From: Candidatus Dojkabacteria bacterium
GTDB lineage: Bacteria; Patescibacteriota; Dojkabacteria; SC72
NCBI GenBank assembly: GCA_050943415.1
Contig: JBMNPD010000002.1
Coordinates: forward strand, 5,036-69,035
Reading direction: 5' to 3'
DNA: 64,000 bases
Below the pieces are notes generated by a model that had not been told where the DNA came from, ran no database searches, and saw only the letters and a list, made by a program, of their open reading frames with translations. The position numbers and the translations under genes were made by a program. Below are positions 20,583 through 29,968 of the stretch, piece after piece (within the stretch, counting starts at the first letter, position 1; every line of letters starts with the position of its first letter).

Positions 20583-21191
20583 TTGGAAAAGGACATAACA
20601 GAATCATACAAAATAGATATATTAACAACTGCACTAGAGATAACAAGTCAGAGACTTAAAACAACAAAAAATTCTGAATATATATCTAGAAAGTTCTCTA
20701 TATTCCAAGAACTAGAGCAATATCAACAAAATATCACACATCACTACCCTGCAAATCTTACAGGAATACTCTCAGAATCACTCTTCTATAAAGTATACTC
20801 ACAAGTTCTAGGAGAAGAAAACATAACTATAGCGACAGGAGAAGAGGATATGCAAGGCATAGATTTTTACATTAACGAATATCCTATAGATGTAACATCA
20901 AGTAGCCATTATTTAACCAAAAAAATCTCAACTGTAAGAGTACCTACAATATTCCTACCAAATCACATCCAGCAACAAAGTATACATGAAAAAACAAGCT
21001 ATAACTACGAGACAAACTATATAATGCAAGCAATACATATGAACAAAATAAACTGTAATCAATATATACAAGATACATACAATATTAACAAAGACATATA
21101 TCAACAAATAGAACAAAATCCTAACTTAGCACCAGAAGCAGGAGTAAATAATATAACAAATATGAAAGTAATATTGGGCATACTAGATTAA
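20583..21191 (+). CDS. hypothetical protein (202 aa, N/Q/Y-rich)
   Basis: ORF only. A-rich sequence. No motif. Confidence 0.35.
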   Translation: MEKDITESYKIDILTTALEITSQRLKTTKNSEYISRKFSIFQELEQYQQNITHHYPANLTGILSESLFYKVYSQVLGEENITIATGEEDMQGIDFYINEYPIDVTSSSHYLTKKISTVRVPTIFLPNHIQQQSIHEKTSYNYETNYIMQAIHMNKINCNQYIQDTYNINKDIYQQIEQNPNLAPEAGVNNITNMKVILGILD

Positions 21192-21242
21192 TATAGGTAC
21201 AACAAAAACATTGACTAACAAACGGATATATAATAGACTCTC

Positions 21243-21319
21243 TCTGATACTTAAGCCGAAGTAGCTCAGTTGGTCAGAGCAGCTGTTTTGTAAACAGCAG
21301 GTCAAGAGTTCGAATCTCT
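21243..21319 (+). tRNA. tRNA-Thr (anticodon UGU), CCA encoded
   Basis: GCCGAAG/CTTCGGC acceptor stem. D-arm GCTCAGTTGGTCAGAGC. Anticodon stem GCTGT/ACAGC with loop TTTGTAA. T-arm AAGAGTTCGAATCTCTT. 3' TCCA. Confidence 0.85.
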
Positions 21320-21355
21320 TCTTCGGCTCCAGTAGTAGTTTACACAGACTAAACA

Positions 21356-22495
21356 TCAATCTTTTGTTAAACCTAAAAACCTCTTGTAGTTATCAATATT
21401 CACAACTTGGTATGTAGCATTTGGATACTTCAACCAACTCTTAGGAGCACTCTTAACCTTACTCCACTTAAATTCATACCCATCTAAACTATCCGCATAC
21501 TTCTCTACATAGTCAACCTCTGCACCATCATATGTTCTCCAAAAGAATCTTGATACATACCTCCTACTATATTCATTCCTCTTCATTCTCTCCAATATTA
21601 AGAAGTTCTCCCACAATACTCCCCTATCATTCCTTTTACTTAATGGATTAAAATTGTTAATTAGAGCATTTCTAATACCTAAATCATAGAAATATATCTT
21701 GTTTTGTTTAGAAAGAACTTTCCTTTCATTACTGTAATACGGTGGTAATCGGAATATAACATAGTTTTTCTCCAACAGATCTATATATCTTTCAACTGTT
21801 TTACTATCCAAACCTACAAGCTTACTGAGCTCTGTTAATGACACCTCTGAACCTATTTGCAACGCCAATGCTGAGAGCAATTTATCAAGATATGAAGAAT
21901 CCTTTACCTTTTCCAATTCTAGAATGTCTTTGTAAAGATAACTCTTACTTATCTCTCTTAACAATCTTTCCTTCTCAGAAATATCACTAGTATATATAGC
22001 TGGATACATACCGTATATGAGGAGTAACTCCAACTCCTTATCTATACTCAAAGGATGCTTTTCTGAATATATTTCACCAACAGAGAGAGGATACAGTTCG
22101 TAGACATATTTTCTACCAGTTAACGGTTCAGATGTATTTGAAAGAAGGTTAAGGCTAGATGATCCTGTTGCAATTATTTGCTTTTTCTCTCCATAGTTAT
22201 CTACTAAAAGTTTTAGTGTATTCCCTATCTCTTTGATTTTTTGAGCCTCATCTATGAATACAATATTTTTGTCAGCTATAAGGTTGTTTAGGTAGTCAAA
22301 ATCTCTTTCTTGAAGATTTGACCTGTCATTAGGGTTATCTGCATTTAAATACAACACATTCTCATACTCTTTTAGTATGTGCATTGCTAAAGTCGTCTTA
22401 CCAACTTGTCTAGGACCGGAGATAATGATAACTCTGCCCTTAAAGAAGTCTTTCTTAATATTTTCTTCAATTGTTCTTTCTAATTTGTACTTCAT
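21356..22495 (-). CDS. AAA+ ATPase with C-terminal DUF4143-like domain (COG1373-type)
   Basis: Walker A ISGPRQVGKTTL. Walker B VFIDEAQ. 379 aa. Typical architecture. Confidence 0.8.
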   Translation of the reverse strand: MKYKLERTIEENIKKDFFKGRVIIISGPRQVGKTTLAMHILKEYENVLYLNADNPNDRSNLQERDFDYLNNLIADKNIVFIDEAQKIKEIGNTLKLLVDNYGEKKQIIATGSSSLNLLSNTSEPLTGRKYVYELYPLSVGEIYSEKHPLSIDKELELLLIYGMYPAIYTSDISEKERLLREISKSYLYKDILELEKVKDSSYLDKLLSALALQIGSEVSLTELSKLVGLDSKTVERYIDLLEKNYVIFRLPPYYSNERKVLSKQNKIYFYDLGIRNALINNFNPLSKRNDRGVLWENFLILERMKRNEYSRRYVSRFFWRTYDGAEVDYVEKYADSLDGYEFKWSKVKSAPKSWLKYPNATYQVVNIDNYKRFLGLTKD

Positions 22496-22608
22496 TCCAG
22501 TTATTTGGCCTAATTTAAGGATTTACTTCCATATTTTAGGCCTAATTTACGGAATTGGCAAGTATTTGATCGCTTACAGTTTAGTTTAGAGGCCAACATT
22601 TTCATTTT

Positions 22609-23535
22609 CTAACTTATCTTGTTCTGAGGTTTTCCACTTGTAATAGCAATTACATTTTGACACCATATCTCAATCAATCGTTCTATTGCTTCTTTTGTAT
22701 AAAAAGCATATGGTGCTGTTGCCATAATATTTCCTTTATATTCATATATCTTTTTACCATTACCATATATTTCAAAAGCGTAACCTATCTCTTCTTTTTC
22801 TGCACGTTCTATCAATAATTTGTGATTATATATCTCTTCAGGATTATTTATTATGTTAATAAAAAAGTTGCCAAACATCTTATTTATTAACTCATCAGTA
22901 ATAATCTTTTTAGTTTCGTTGTTTGTCGAAAAAGCCGGTATTACAAAATCAGCAGTGGTGAAAATCGTTTCTAAGTCAACTGCTTTGTAGTTATTCTCCT
23001 TTTTTGTCCTATTCCAATATATTACATTCATACCTAAACCTTGACACATCTCTGCTATTCTTATCCCTATTGTTCCTAAACCAATAATCCCAACAGTTTT
23101 ATTCCTTACTTCAGTATTTAACATAGAAACAGAATATTCTGTTTTGTAATCATTTTTTAATTGTATTGGAAATTTCCTTGCTAAACACATCATAAGAAAT
23201 ACAGCATATTCAGCAACAGAATCTGTTGAATACTTAGGAATGTTTGTAACTACTATTTTATTCTTCTTACAATATTCTAAATCTATCCAATCATAGGCAG
23301 TTGTTGACAAACAAACTGCTTTTAAATTCTCAACTTTTTTCAAATGTTTTTCATCAAGATTCCAATCGTACCAATCAGGATCAACCACTAATATTTTTTC
23401 ATCAGAATCCTTTAGATAAGAAGCTTTGTCTAAATCAAAATAATCTTCTAAAAATATAACTTCTCCTGTATTTTCTAAATTATTAATCTGCTCTTCTTTA
23501 AAACTATCTTTTGTATATGTTATATATATTTTCAT
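22609..23535 (-). CDS. D-isomer-specific 2-hydroxyacid dehydrogenase family, NAD-binding
   Basis: GIIGLGTIGIRIAEMCQGLGMNVIYWNRT Rossmann motif. Catalytic-region pattern (R..E..H) plausible. Confidence 0.8.
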   Translation of the reverse strand: MKIYITYTKDSFKEEQINNLENTGEVIFLEDYFDLDKASYLKDSDEKILVVDPDWYDWNLDEKHLKKVENLKAVCLSTTAYDWIDLEYCKKNKIVVTNIPKYSTDSVAEYAVFLMMCLARKFPIQLKNDYKTEYSVSMLNTEVRNKTVGIIGLGTIGIRIAEMCQGLGMNVIYWNRTKKENNYKAVDLETIFTTADFVIPAFSTNNETKKIITDELINKMFGNFFINIINNPEEIYNHKLLIERAEKEEIGYAFEIYGNGKKIYEYKGNIMATAPYAFYTKEAIERLIEIWCQNVIAITSGKPQNKIS

Positions 23536-23698
23536 TTTACCTTTTCTATATAAAGCTTAAATTACATTGTTAAAATTATACTATAAAACACACCTTTTTT
23601 TCTTTTATGAATATGTTATGCTATAATTCGTTTGTTATTTGAAGCACTTTCTATTTTTAATATATCTTCTTACAATATAGGAGATATTACTCTAATAT

Positions 23699-23781
23699 GC
23701 AGGGGTGGCGGAGTGGTCAATCGCGGCAGACTGTAAATCTGCTCCCTTCGGGGTTCATTGGTTCAAATCCAATCCTCTGCA
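23699..23781 (+). tRNA. tRNA-Tyr (anticodon GUA), class II with long variable arm
   Basis: GCAGGGG acceptor stem (G5-U wobble). 3-bp D-stem. Anticodon stem GCAGA/TCTGC with loop CTGTAAA. Variable hairpin TCCCTTCGGGG. T-arm ATTGGTTCAAATCCAAT. Confidence 0.8.
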
Positions 23782-23822
23782 TTCTTGCTCTTTAGTATAT
23801 AAATTTATTCTCTATTTAAAAT

Positions 23823-24542
23823 ATGGGAATCCTTATAGTCATAGCAGGAATCCTTATCCCTCTCATTGGTGTTGGCACCGTAGTTTATATATTAATCCCT
23901 CTCTCAAAGAGTAAAGGCAAGAAAAAGATTTTCACTTCTAAAAACCTGCTCCACTTCTATCTGTACTTAATCTCTTTTGCTTCATTAATCATAGGTGTAG
24001 TAGCATTAGCTGTTGCTCTAAACGGTTTGTTTGGACATAAATATTCACCTGAATTTTCTTTCAATTTGGAGTCACCAACAACAATGTATGTACCTGAAGA
24101 GAAGATTGATTACATAGACCCTGATTTTAAAGAGTGTTACAAAGGAGAACTTACAGAGATAGATGGTCAAAAGGTTTGTTTTGACAAACAACAAGCAAAG
24201 AAAGATGTCATTAATGGCTTGTCTGTTGCTATCCCAATGATTATTCTTTTCCTAATTCACAGACTCTCCATTTACTACATAGAAAGAAAAGGTACTTCTA
24301 CAGAGAACTTAAAAAAGATTTACCATTTTGCTTCACTAATACTGTTTAGTATTGGTGGATTAATAGCTATTCCTGTTGCAATATATCAACTACTTAACTA
24401 CCTTAACTTCAGACCTGAGGATGTAACTATGATAGATCCACCAGGGTTAGCAATATCCTTTGTCATCTTGGTTGTACCTGTATGGATAGTATTTCTTGTT
24501 AAAACAATTAAAATGAAGGATATTGAAGATAAGGACGAATAA
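23823..24542 (+). CDS. hypothetical polytopic membrane protein
   Basis: 239 aa. At least four hydrophobic helices. No motif. Confidence 0.5.
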   Translation: MGILIVIAGILIPLIGVGTVVYILIPLSKSKGKKKIFTSKNLLHFYLYLISFASLIIGVVALAVALNGLFGHKYSPEFSFNLESPTTMYVPEEKIDYIDPDFKECYKGELTEIDGQKVCFDKQQAKKDVINGLSVAIPMIILFLIHRLSIYYIERKGTSTENLKKIYHFASLILFSIGGLIAIPVAIYQLLNYLNFRPEDVTMIDPPGLAISFVILVVPVWIVFLVKTIKMKDIEDKDE

Positions 24543-24584
24543 TTAGAAGACTTTTGTAAAATATATAGTATAATCATACTCACT

Positions 24585-24661
24585 GCTGGATTAGCTCAGT
24601 TGGTTAGAGCACATTCATGGTAAGAATGAGGTCCTGAGTTCGACTCTCAGATCCAGCTCCA
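24585..24661 (+). tRNA. tRNA-Thr (anticodon GGU), CCA encoded
   Basis: GCTGGAT/ATCCAGC acceptor. D-arm TAGCTCAGTTGGTTAGAGC. Anticodon stem CATTC/GAATG with loop ATGGTAA. T-arm CTGAGTTCGACTCTCAG. Confidence 0.85.
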
Positions 24662-24666
24662 TTTTC

Positions 24667-24900
24667 ATGAAGATAGAGTTAAATGTAAAGACACAACAGA
24701 AAGTTAGTAAGGTAGAAATGAGAGATGATGGTATTATGAATGTTTTTGTTAAATCCTCCCCTATTGAGAACAAGGCTAATGTAGAGATTATTAAGTTACT
24801 TTCTAAATATTACGATATTCCTAAATCCAGTATATCCATAAAGACAGGAAAGAAGAGTAAGAGAAAAATAGTGGAGATTGAGAGAATCATTATCACATGA
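24667..24900 (+). CDS. DUF167 (YggU/UPF0235) family small protein
   Basis: The pattern NVKTQQKVSKVE...IMNVFVKSSPIENKANVEIIKLLSKYYDIPKSSISIKTGKKSKRKIVEI parallels the YggU consensus (vkv.P.a.kn....l.v....P.eGkAN..l...La..l.v.ks.v.l..G..Sr.K.v.i). Confidence 0.7.
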   Translation: MKIELNVKTQQKVSKVEMRDDGIMNVFVKSSPIENKANVEIIKLLSKYYDIPKSSISIKTGKKSKRKIVEIERIIIT

Positions 24901-25053
24901 TATAATACTCTATAGGTCAACATTTTTGACTGCTCTTTAAAAATCTATCTACTCTATTTCTCCTTTGCAGATTATTATCTCAATACAGATATTACTATGT
25001 GATATTTGTTATGAGGTAATAGTCTCAGAAAAATTAAAAAACTGGAGGAGAAA

Positions 25054-25413
25054 ATGAAAAAAAGTATTGACGGAGAAGAGCTATGGAAAACATTATCTAG
25101 GATAGGAAATAAGATATTAAATGTTTTACAAATCCTTTTCGGATTTTTCATCGCTCTTTTTATCTTTTGTATTGTAATTCATAATGGCATATTACTAATT
25201 TACTTCCACCTATACGAAGTAATATTAGGGAGTATTATTGCCATCATATTAACTTCAATTACATCATACTTCGTGCGTAATTTTTATTACAAGGTTTGGT
25301 TTTTCCTTTTATTAACCGCAATCTTTGTTGCGATAATAATCGTGATAGATCCATTCCCCTCACTACATTATTACATAGCTCCATTAGGGGAACTTGTGAA
25401 GAAGAATTATTAA
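25054..25413 (+). CDS. hypothetical membrane protein (119 aa, 3-4 TM)
   Basis: ORF with an RBS-like GGAGGAG upstream. Hydrophobic. Confidence 0.45.
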   Translation: MKKSIDGEELWKTLSRIGNKILNVLQILFGFFIALFIFCIVIHNGILLIYFHLYEVILGSIIAIILTSITSYFVRNFYYKVWFFLLLTAIFVAIIIVIDPFPSLHYYIAPLGELVKKNY

Positions 25414-25429
25414 AAAAAGAGGATGAAAA

Positions 25430-25957
25430 ATGAAAGAGAAAAAAATATTGCTATTATTATTACTATTATTCTCGACAGCATTATTAAAGATAGTCGAAAT
25501 AAAGAATGCCTTACTATCTCAGAAAGAGGTTGTAATTAGACAATCGACCTGTTGGAACAGTTGTTGGAACAATTGGCAACAACCAACAGGACCTAGTCTA
25601 GGCCTACTGGAGATCTCGGAATATACTGATTCCAGAAATGGACAAGAATTCTATGATCTCTTTCTCGAGGTCAAAGTTGAGAACCAAACATTAAAGTGTT
25701 CTCTCCGTAGGAGTAAAGAAATTGTGGCGGTAGAGCCATATTACTTTACCCCATTTCAACCTTGTTTTCTTTATTTAGATGGACAAGAAGATGAGTTAAC
25801 ACAAGAACAAATCGAAGAACTAGACAGTTCTTTCGGAGTGGTAATCAATCTTCTTAATCCATTTGAAGTTTCTTCAAAGGTTATAGTTACCAAACAAAAT
25901 GGTAACATAGAAACCTTAGATAATGTAATCCTTTTGAACACAGAAGGATTAAAATGA
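25430..25957 (+). CDS. hypothetical secreted protein (signal peptide plus CWNSCWNNW Cys/Trp motif)
   Basis: MKEKKILLLLLLLFSTALL is signal-like. No family identified. Confidence 0.45.
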   Translation: MKEKKILLLLLLLFSTALLKIVEIKNALLSQKEVVIRQSTCWNSCWNNWQQPTGPSLGLLEISEYTDSRNGQEFYDLFLEVKVENQTLKCSLRRSKEIVAVEPYYFTPFQPCFLYLDGQEDELTQEQIEELDSSFGVVINLLNPFEVSSKVIVTKQNGNIETLDNVILLNTEGLK

Positions 25958-26138
25958 GTAGACAGATTAAGGGTAGCCCCTATACAATATTTTTATGTAT
26001 ACGGGGCTCCCTCTACTCTTCCCCACATATATTCAAACAAAAAATATTCCTTTTGAAAAATTTGACCTAAAAACATATTTCCAATATAATACACCGATAT
26101 TTCCCATATATATAAAATAGTAGTAACAGATTCCAAAA

Positions 26139-26304
26139 CATGGCGAAAGTAAAAAGAGACATAATAGCTTTTAAATGTACAGAATGTGGTCGTAAAAACT
26201 ACACTCAATTTAAAACTAAAAATGTTAAAGATAAAATAGAAAAAAACAAATATTGCTCTACTTGTAAAAAACATGTATTGCATAAGGAGACTAAGATAAA
26301 ATAA
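26139..26304 (+). CDS. rpmG: 50S ribosomal protein L33 (zinc-ribbon type); apparent +1 frameshift 7 codons before the end
   Basis: MAKVKRDIIAFKCTECGRKNYTQFKTKNVKDKIEKNKYCSTCKKHVL aligns with Thermus L33 (…[43 protein letters not shown]). The in-frame read ends ...HVLP* at 26285. The conserved C-terminus HKETKIK* is in the +1 frame, at an extra C in TTGCCAT at 26280/26281. Below the 60-aa ORF-track cutoff. Confidence 0.7.
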
Positions 26305-26324
26305 TATTGCTCTTACCAAGAACT

Positions 26325-26400
26325 GGGCCCATAGTTTCAATTGGTAAAACAGCGGTCTCCAAAACCGTAGTTCACCGTTCGAGTCGGTGTGGGCCTGCCA
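26325..26400 (+). tRNA. tRNA-Trp (anticodon CCA), CCA end encoded
   Basis: GGGCCCA acceptor. Anticodon stem GCGGT/ACCGT with loop CTCCAAA. T-arm CACCGTTCGAGTCGGTG. Sits between rpmG and secE, as in many bacteria. Confidence 0.85.
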
Positions 26401-26412
26401 AAATATAAAGAT

Positions 26413-26586
26413 ATGAAAATAATAAAAAACATTGTAAACGAAGCAAAAAATACCAAGTGGCCTACTCTAAAAGAGGTTGCTGTAATGACAATATATACCA
26501 TAATTGTCTGTGGTATAATCTCTCTCATCATGGTAGGACTAGATTTAGTCCTAGCAAAGTTAAGAGATTTGTTCCTTAATATGTAA
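26413..26586 (+). CDS. secE: preprotein translocase subunit SecE
   Basis: MKIIKNIVNEAKNTKWPTLKEVAVMTIYTIIVCGIISLIMVGLDLVLAKL matches the SecE consensus (E.kKV.WP.r.E....t..V......l..G.D.....l). The start is the ATG at 26413, because the track ORF start overlaps tRNA-Trp. Confidence 0.8.
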   Translation: MKIIKNIVNEAKNTKWPTLKEVAVMTIYTIIVCGIISLIMVGLDLVLAKLRDLFLNM

Positions 26587-26596
26587 ATAAACAAAG

Positions 26597-27160
26597 ATGG
26601 TAAAAAAGAAAGAAAAAGAAACAAAAAAAGATAACCCAAATGCAAAGTGGTATGTTTTGAATATTAGAACTGGATATGAGAACAGTATTCAGAAAGAAAT
26701 TCAGCAAAGAGCTGATGCAACAGGTTTAGAAGACAAAATTGTTGAAATTTTAGTTCCTACACAGAAGAAGATTGTTGTAAAGAAAGGAAAACAAGATGTT
26801 AAGGAAGAAAAGATATTTCCAGGATATGTATTGATAAAGATGGAGTTAGATAACAGTACATGGGACTTGGTTCAAAATACAGAAGGTGTTAGAGGTTTTG
26901 TCAAAACAGATAGATACCCAAAGCCCTTGGATGAAGCAGAAGTAAAAGCAATCACTAAGTTTATGGAAGTAGAACAACCATCATATCAGACATCATTTAG
27001 CGTTGGTGAAGCAGTCAAGATTACAGAGGGTGCATTTGCAGACTTCATAGGAAGCGTACAAGAAATTGATACTACTAAGGGTAAGATAAAAGTCCTCATC
27101 TCATTCTTAGGTAGAGAAGCTCCTGTTGAACTAGAATTCTCTCAAGTATCAAAGCTTTAG
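26597..27160 (+). CDS. nusG: transcription termination/antitermination factor NusG
   Basis: KWYVLNIRTGYENSIQKEI NGN domain. KOW motif FSVGEAVKITEGAFADFIGSV. Confidence 0.9.
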   Translation: MVKKKEKETKKDNPNAKWYVLNIRTGYENSIQKEIQQRADATGLEDKIVEILVPTQKKIVVKKGKQDVKEEKIFPGYVLIKMELDNSTWDLVQNTEGVRGFVKTDRYPKPLDEAEVKAITKFMEVEQPSYQTSFSVGEAVKITEGAFADFIGSVQEIDTTKGKIKVLISFLGREAPVELEFSQVSKL

Positions 27161-27182
27161 TAATATTAAACATTAGCAATAT

Positions 27183-27611
27183 ATGGCAAAAGAAGTAAAA
27201 AAAATAATTAAAATTGTAATACCAGCAGGAATGGCTACAATGGCACCTCCAATTGGTCCTACCCTAGCCCCTTACGGTATTAACACACAGGATTTCTGTT
27301 CTCAATTTAACGAACAGACTAGAGAGAACAACGGTATTCTTACACCTGTTGTCTTAACAATCTATGAGGATAGAACATTCGATTTCATACTTAAGACTCC
27401 TCCTACATCCGAATTGATTAGAAGAGAATTAAAGATTAAGAAAGGTTCAGGTAAACCAAACCTTGAGAAGGTTGGTAAACTAACAAAAGAGCAAATCATG
27501 AAGATTGTTGAGATAAAGATGCCAGATTTAAATACATCTGATCCAGAGCAAGCAGCAAAGATTGTTGCAGGAACAGCTATGCAGATGGGTATAGAAACTG
27601 ATATTAAATAA
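27183..27611 (+). CDS. rplK: 50S ribosomal protein L11
   Basis: PAGMATMAPPIGPTLAPYGINTQDFCSQFNEQT. Confidence 0.9.
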   Translation: MAKEVKKIIKIVIPAGMATMAPPIGPTLAPYGINTQDFCSQFNEQTRENNGILTPVVLTIYEDRTFDFILKTPPTSELIRRELKIKKGSGKPNLEKVGKLTKEQIMKIVEIKMPDLNTSDPEQAAKIVAGTAMQMGIETDIK

Positions 27612-27627
27612 TTGAGTAAAGAAATAT

Positions 27628-28311
27628 ATGAAAAGAGGAAAAAACTACAAAAAAATAGTAAAAGATTTAGATAGAAATCTTTCTTACACACTTGCAGATG
27701 GTATAAAGAAAGTTAAAACACTCTCCTACTCTAAGTTTGTAGGTACATTAGAAATGCATTTAGATATTAAGGTCCCTAAGGACAAAGATCCTAAATCTCT
27801 AAAGGGTGCAGTATCACTACCACACAGTACAACAACAAAGAGTGTAAAGATTGCAGTATTCTGTACTCCAGATAAGGAAGAAGAGGCTAAGAAAGCAGGT
27901 GCAGATATGGTAGGTTTGGATAGCTTGATAAAGGAGATTAAGGAAAAGGGAGCTGATTTTGATGTAGCTATTGCTACTCCATCAGTCATGCCAAAGATTG
28001 CAGTACTTGGTAAGGAGTTAGGTCCTAAGGGTTTAATGCCAAATCCAAAGAATGGTACTGTTACCGATGACATTGCATCAGCAGTTGCAGAATACAAGAA
28101 AGGTAAACAGACATTTGCTTGTGATCCTTCAGGTGTAGTACATATGAGTGTTGGTAAGCTTGATTTAGAAGATGAGAAACTAGAAGAGAATGTACATGTA
28201 GCTGTATCAGCTATTGCAGAGGTTGTAGGTAAATCTTACGACCAACTTATTCAGAAGATGAGTCTATGTCCTACTATGGGGCCAAGTGTTAGGATAGATT
28301 ATTCTAAATAA
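27628..28311 (+). CDS. rplA: 50S ribosomal protein L1
   Basis: 227 aa. Pattern KFVGTLEMHLDIKVPKDKDPKSLKGAV...ATPSVMPKIAVLGKELGPKGLMPNPK. Confidence 0.9.
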   Translation: MKRGKNYKKIVKDLDRNLSYTLADGIKKVKTLSYSKFVGTLEMHLDIKVPKDKDPKSLKGAVSLPHSTTTKSVKIAVFCTPDKEEEAKKAGADMVGLDSLIKEIKEKGADFDVAIATPSVMPKIAVLGKELGPKGLMPNPKNGTVTDDIASAVAEYKKGKQTFACDPSGVVHMSVGKLDLEDEKLEENVHVAVSAIAEVVGKSYDQLIQKMSLCPTMGPSVRIDYSK

Positions 28312-28348
28312 AGGAATACTTGTTACATAGTTATTTGAAAGGAAGTCT

Positions 28349-28385
28349 AATTGGCTTCCTTTTTTATTTAAATAGTTTAAATTTC
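28349..28385 (+). terminator. rho-independent terminator/attenuator after rplA
   Basis: AGGAAGTCTAATTGGCTTCCT hairpin followed by TTTTTATTT. Confidence 0.5.
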
Positions 28386-28493
28386 TATTACATTTCTAAT
28401 TCTTATCTATAGTACATTCCCCCATAGTCTGTATTTTCTTCCCTGTTTTTAGTATAATATATATGTGGTGGATCTTTAAAAAAGGAGAGTAAA

Positions 28494-28664
28494 ATGAAGA
28501 TAGGTTTTGTTATCGGTTTTACAACAATATCTCTTTGGGGTATATCTGCCCTTGGGGCAGTATATGCTTTAACAAAAGAGAGAAAAGAGTTGGATAGACA
28601 TGAGTCTGCAATACTCATGCTGATTCCATTTATATTCTTATTAATCTTATTCAGAGCCCTATGA
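28494..28664 (+). CDS. small hydrophobic protein (56 aa, 2 TM)
   Basis: Own extended -10 (TTTTAGTATAAT) and strong RBS AAAAAGGAGAG 8 nt before the ATG. MKIGFVIGFTTISLWGISALGAVYALTKERKELDRHESAILMLIPFIFLLILFRAL. Below the 60-aa ORF-track cutoff. Confidence 0.35.
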   Translation: MKIGFVIGFTTISLWGISALGAVYALTKERKELDRHESAILMLIPFIFLLILFRAL

Positions 28665-28699
28665 CTCTGAATTTTTTTAACCACCAACCTGGGGAATAT

Positions 28700-28766
28700 A
28701 GAGTAGATAGAATTTGTGATATATATATCCAAAATATATGTTTTAACATATGTTCTCATCTACTCT
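28700..28766 (+). promoter_or_regulatory. 13-bp inverted repeat hairpin (AGAGTAGATAGAA...TTCTCATCTACTCT) between the small ORF and the rplJ promoter
   Basis: Imperfect IR with a 40-nt loop. No T-tract follows. Could be a terminator or an L10-leader-associated structure. Confidence 0.3.
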
Positions 28767-28819
28767 CCCCCATCAAATTTCATACATCGTTTTCTGTCTA
28801 ATACAAAAATTTGACTTAA

Positions 28820-28848
28820 ACCTCATCTTCTAATATAATCCAACAGTT
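28820..28848 (+). promoter_or_regulatory. sigma70-type consensus promoter for rplJL (TTGACT-17-TATAAT) plus ~70-nt leader
   Basis: TTGACTTAAACCTCATCTTCTAATATAAT. The leader runs to the ATG at 28920. Confidence 0.55.
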
Positions 28849-28919
28849 TTACCAAAGAAACAGGGTACAAAAATAAATCCTTGCGAGGTAAACATACATT
28901 CAAATTAATAAATATAACA

Positions 28920-29441
28920 ATGGCTAAAACTCGTTCACAAAAAACAGAGTTGTTAGATAAATATAAAGAGATAATAAAAAATAAAGCAGGCTATCTCTTA
29001 GTAAACTCTGATAAAACAAGTACTTCAGACATTACAAAACTGAAGATACAACTAAAAGATGTAAATGCTAACTACGCAGTAGTTAAAAACAGCATCTTTA
29101 AAGTAGCATTGCAAGAAACAAACCAACCACTAGAAACACAAGAAATAGATGGTCCTACTGCAATCATATACTTTGATGAAGATCCAACAGCACCTGCAAA
29201 ATTAATAAAAGAAACACAGAAAGAAACAGAATTACTAGATGCAAAGTTTGGAGTATTTGAAGGAGAATTCCTCTCAGAAGAAAGAGTTATGCAGTTAGCA
29301 GAAATTCCATCAAGAGAAGTTCTACTCTCAAGACTAGTTGGTACTATGAACGCTCCATTAACTGGATTCATGAATGCAATTACTGGAAACGTGAGAGGTT
29401 TAACTATGGTTCTTAAGGGCATCTCTGAAAAGAGTGCTTAA
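28920..29441 (+). CDS. rplJ: 50S ribosomal protein L10
   Basis: MAKTRSQKTELLDKYKEIIKNKAGYLLVN... The start is at the internal Met of the track ORF that begins at 28881. Confidence 0.85.
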   Translation: MAKTRSQKTELLDKYKEIIKNKAGYLLVNSDKTSTSDITKLKIQLKDVNANYAVVKNSIFKVALQETNQPLETQEIDGPTAIIYFDEDPTAPAKLIKETQKETELLDAKFGVFEGEFLSEERVMQLAEIPSREVLLSRLVGTMNAPLTGFMNAITGNVRGLTMVLKGISEKSA

Positions 29442-29478
29442 TTTAGAAACAAATTACTTAACTTAAATAAATACAAAA

Positions 29479-29883
29479 ATGGCAGACGAAGCAAAAACAC
29501 TACCAGAGTTATCAGCAGATGGTAAGAAAGTTCTTGAGATGGTTGAAAAAATGACCGTTTTAGAACTTGCAGACTTGGTCAAAGTTATGGAAGACAAGTT
29601 TGGAGTATCTGCAGCAGCACCTGTTGCAGTAGCAGCAGCACCAGCTGAGGCAGCAGCACCAGAAGAAGAGAAAACAATATTCAATGTTGTTCTCAAAGAT
29701 GCAGGAGCAAACAAAATTGCTGTAATCAAAGTAGTAAGAGAAATCACAGAGCTTGGCTTGAAAGAAGCTAAGGATCTTGTAGATACTGCACCTCAGACAA
29801 TCAAAGAGGGTGTCAAGAAAGAGGAAGCAGAAGAGATGAAAGCAAAGTTCGAGGAAGCAGGAGCAACTGCAGAATTAGAATAA
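29479..29883 (+). CDS. rplL: 50S ribosomal protein L7/L12
   Basis: N-terminal dimerisation region. Ala/Pro/Glu hinge ([20 protein letters not shown]). C-terminal domain [24 protein letters not shown]. Confidence 0.9.
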   Translation: MADEAKTLPELSADGKKVLEMVEKMTVLELADLVKVMEDKFGVSAAAPVAVAAAPAEAAAPEEEKTIFNVVLKDAGANKIAVIKVVREITELGLKEAKDLVDTAPQTIKEGVKKEEAEEMKAKFEEAGATAELE

Positions 29884-29904
29884 TTGCTAAATGCATACTT
29901 AATG

Positions 29905-29937
29905 AAAGACCACCATTACGGTGGTCTTTTTCTTTTT
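29905..29937 (+). terminator. rho-independent terminator ending the ribosomal-protein cluster (no rpoBC follows)
   Basis: AGACCACCATTACGGTGGTCT followed by TTTTTCTTTTT. Confidence 0.75.
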
Positions 29938-29968
29938 ACATACCCTACTCTTTTACACCATCACTATT

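Noticed and set aside
20474-20659. 61-aa ORF overlapping the GC-rich putative ncRNA
   Set aside because: There is no RBS and it overlaps a structured region. It is more likely non-coding.
20583-21191. Possible mobile or foreign origin of the N/Q-rich 202-aa ORF next to tRNA-Thr
   Set aside because: No integrase, direct repeats of the tRNA 3' end, or compositional shift was found. It is kept only as a low-confidence hypothetical CDS.
25993-26645. Two minus-strand ORFs (115 and 102 aa) overlapping the rpmG / tRNA-Trp / secE / nusG start region
   Set aside because: They overlap a conserved ribosomal gene, a tRNA and secE on the other strand. Their translations are F/L/Y-rich nonsense.
28403-28759. 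118-aa minus-strand ORF in the rplA-rplJ intergenic region
   Set aside because: It conflicts with the plus-strand promoter, RBS and small ORF and with the L10 leader. It has no RBS and poor composition.
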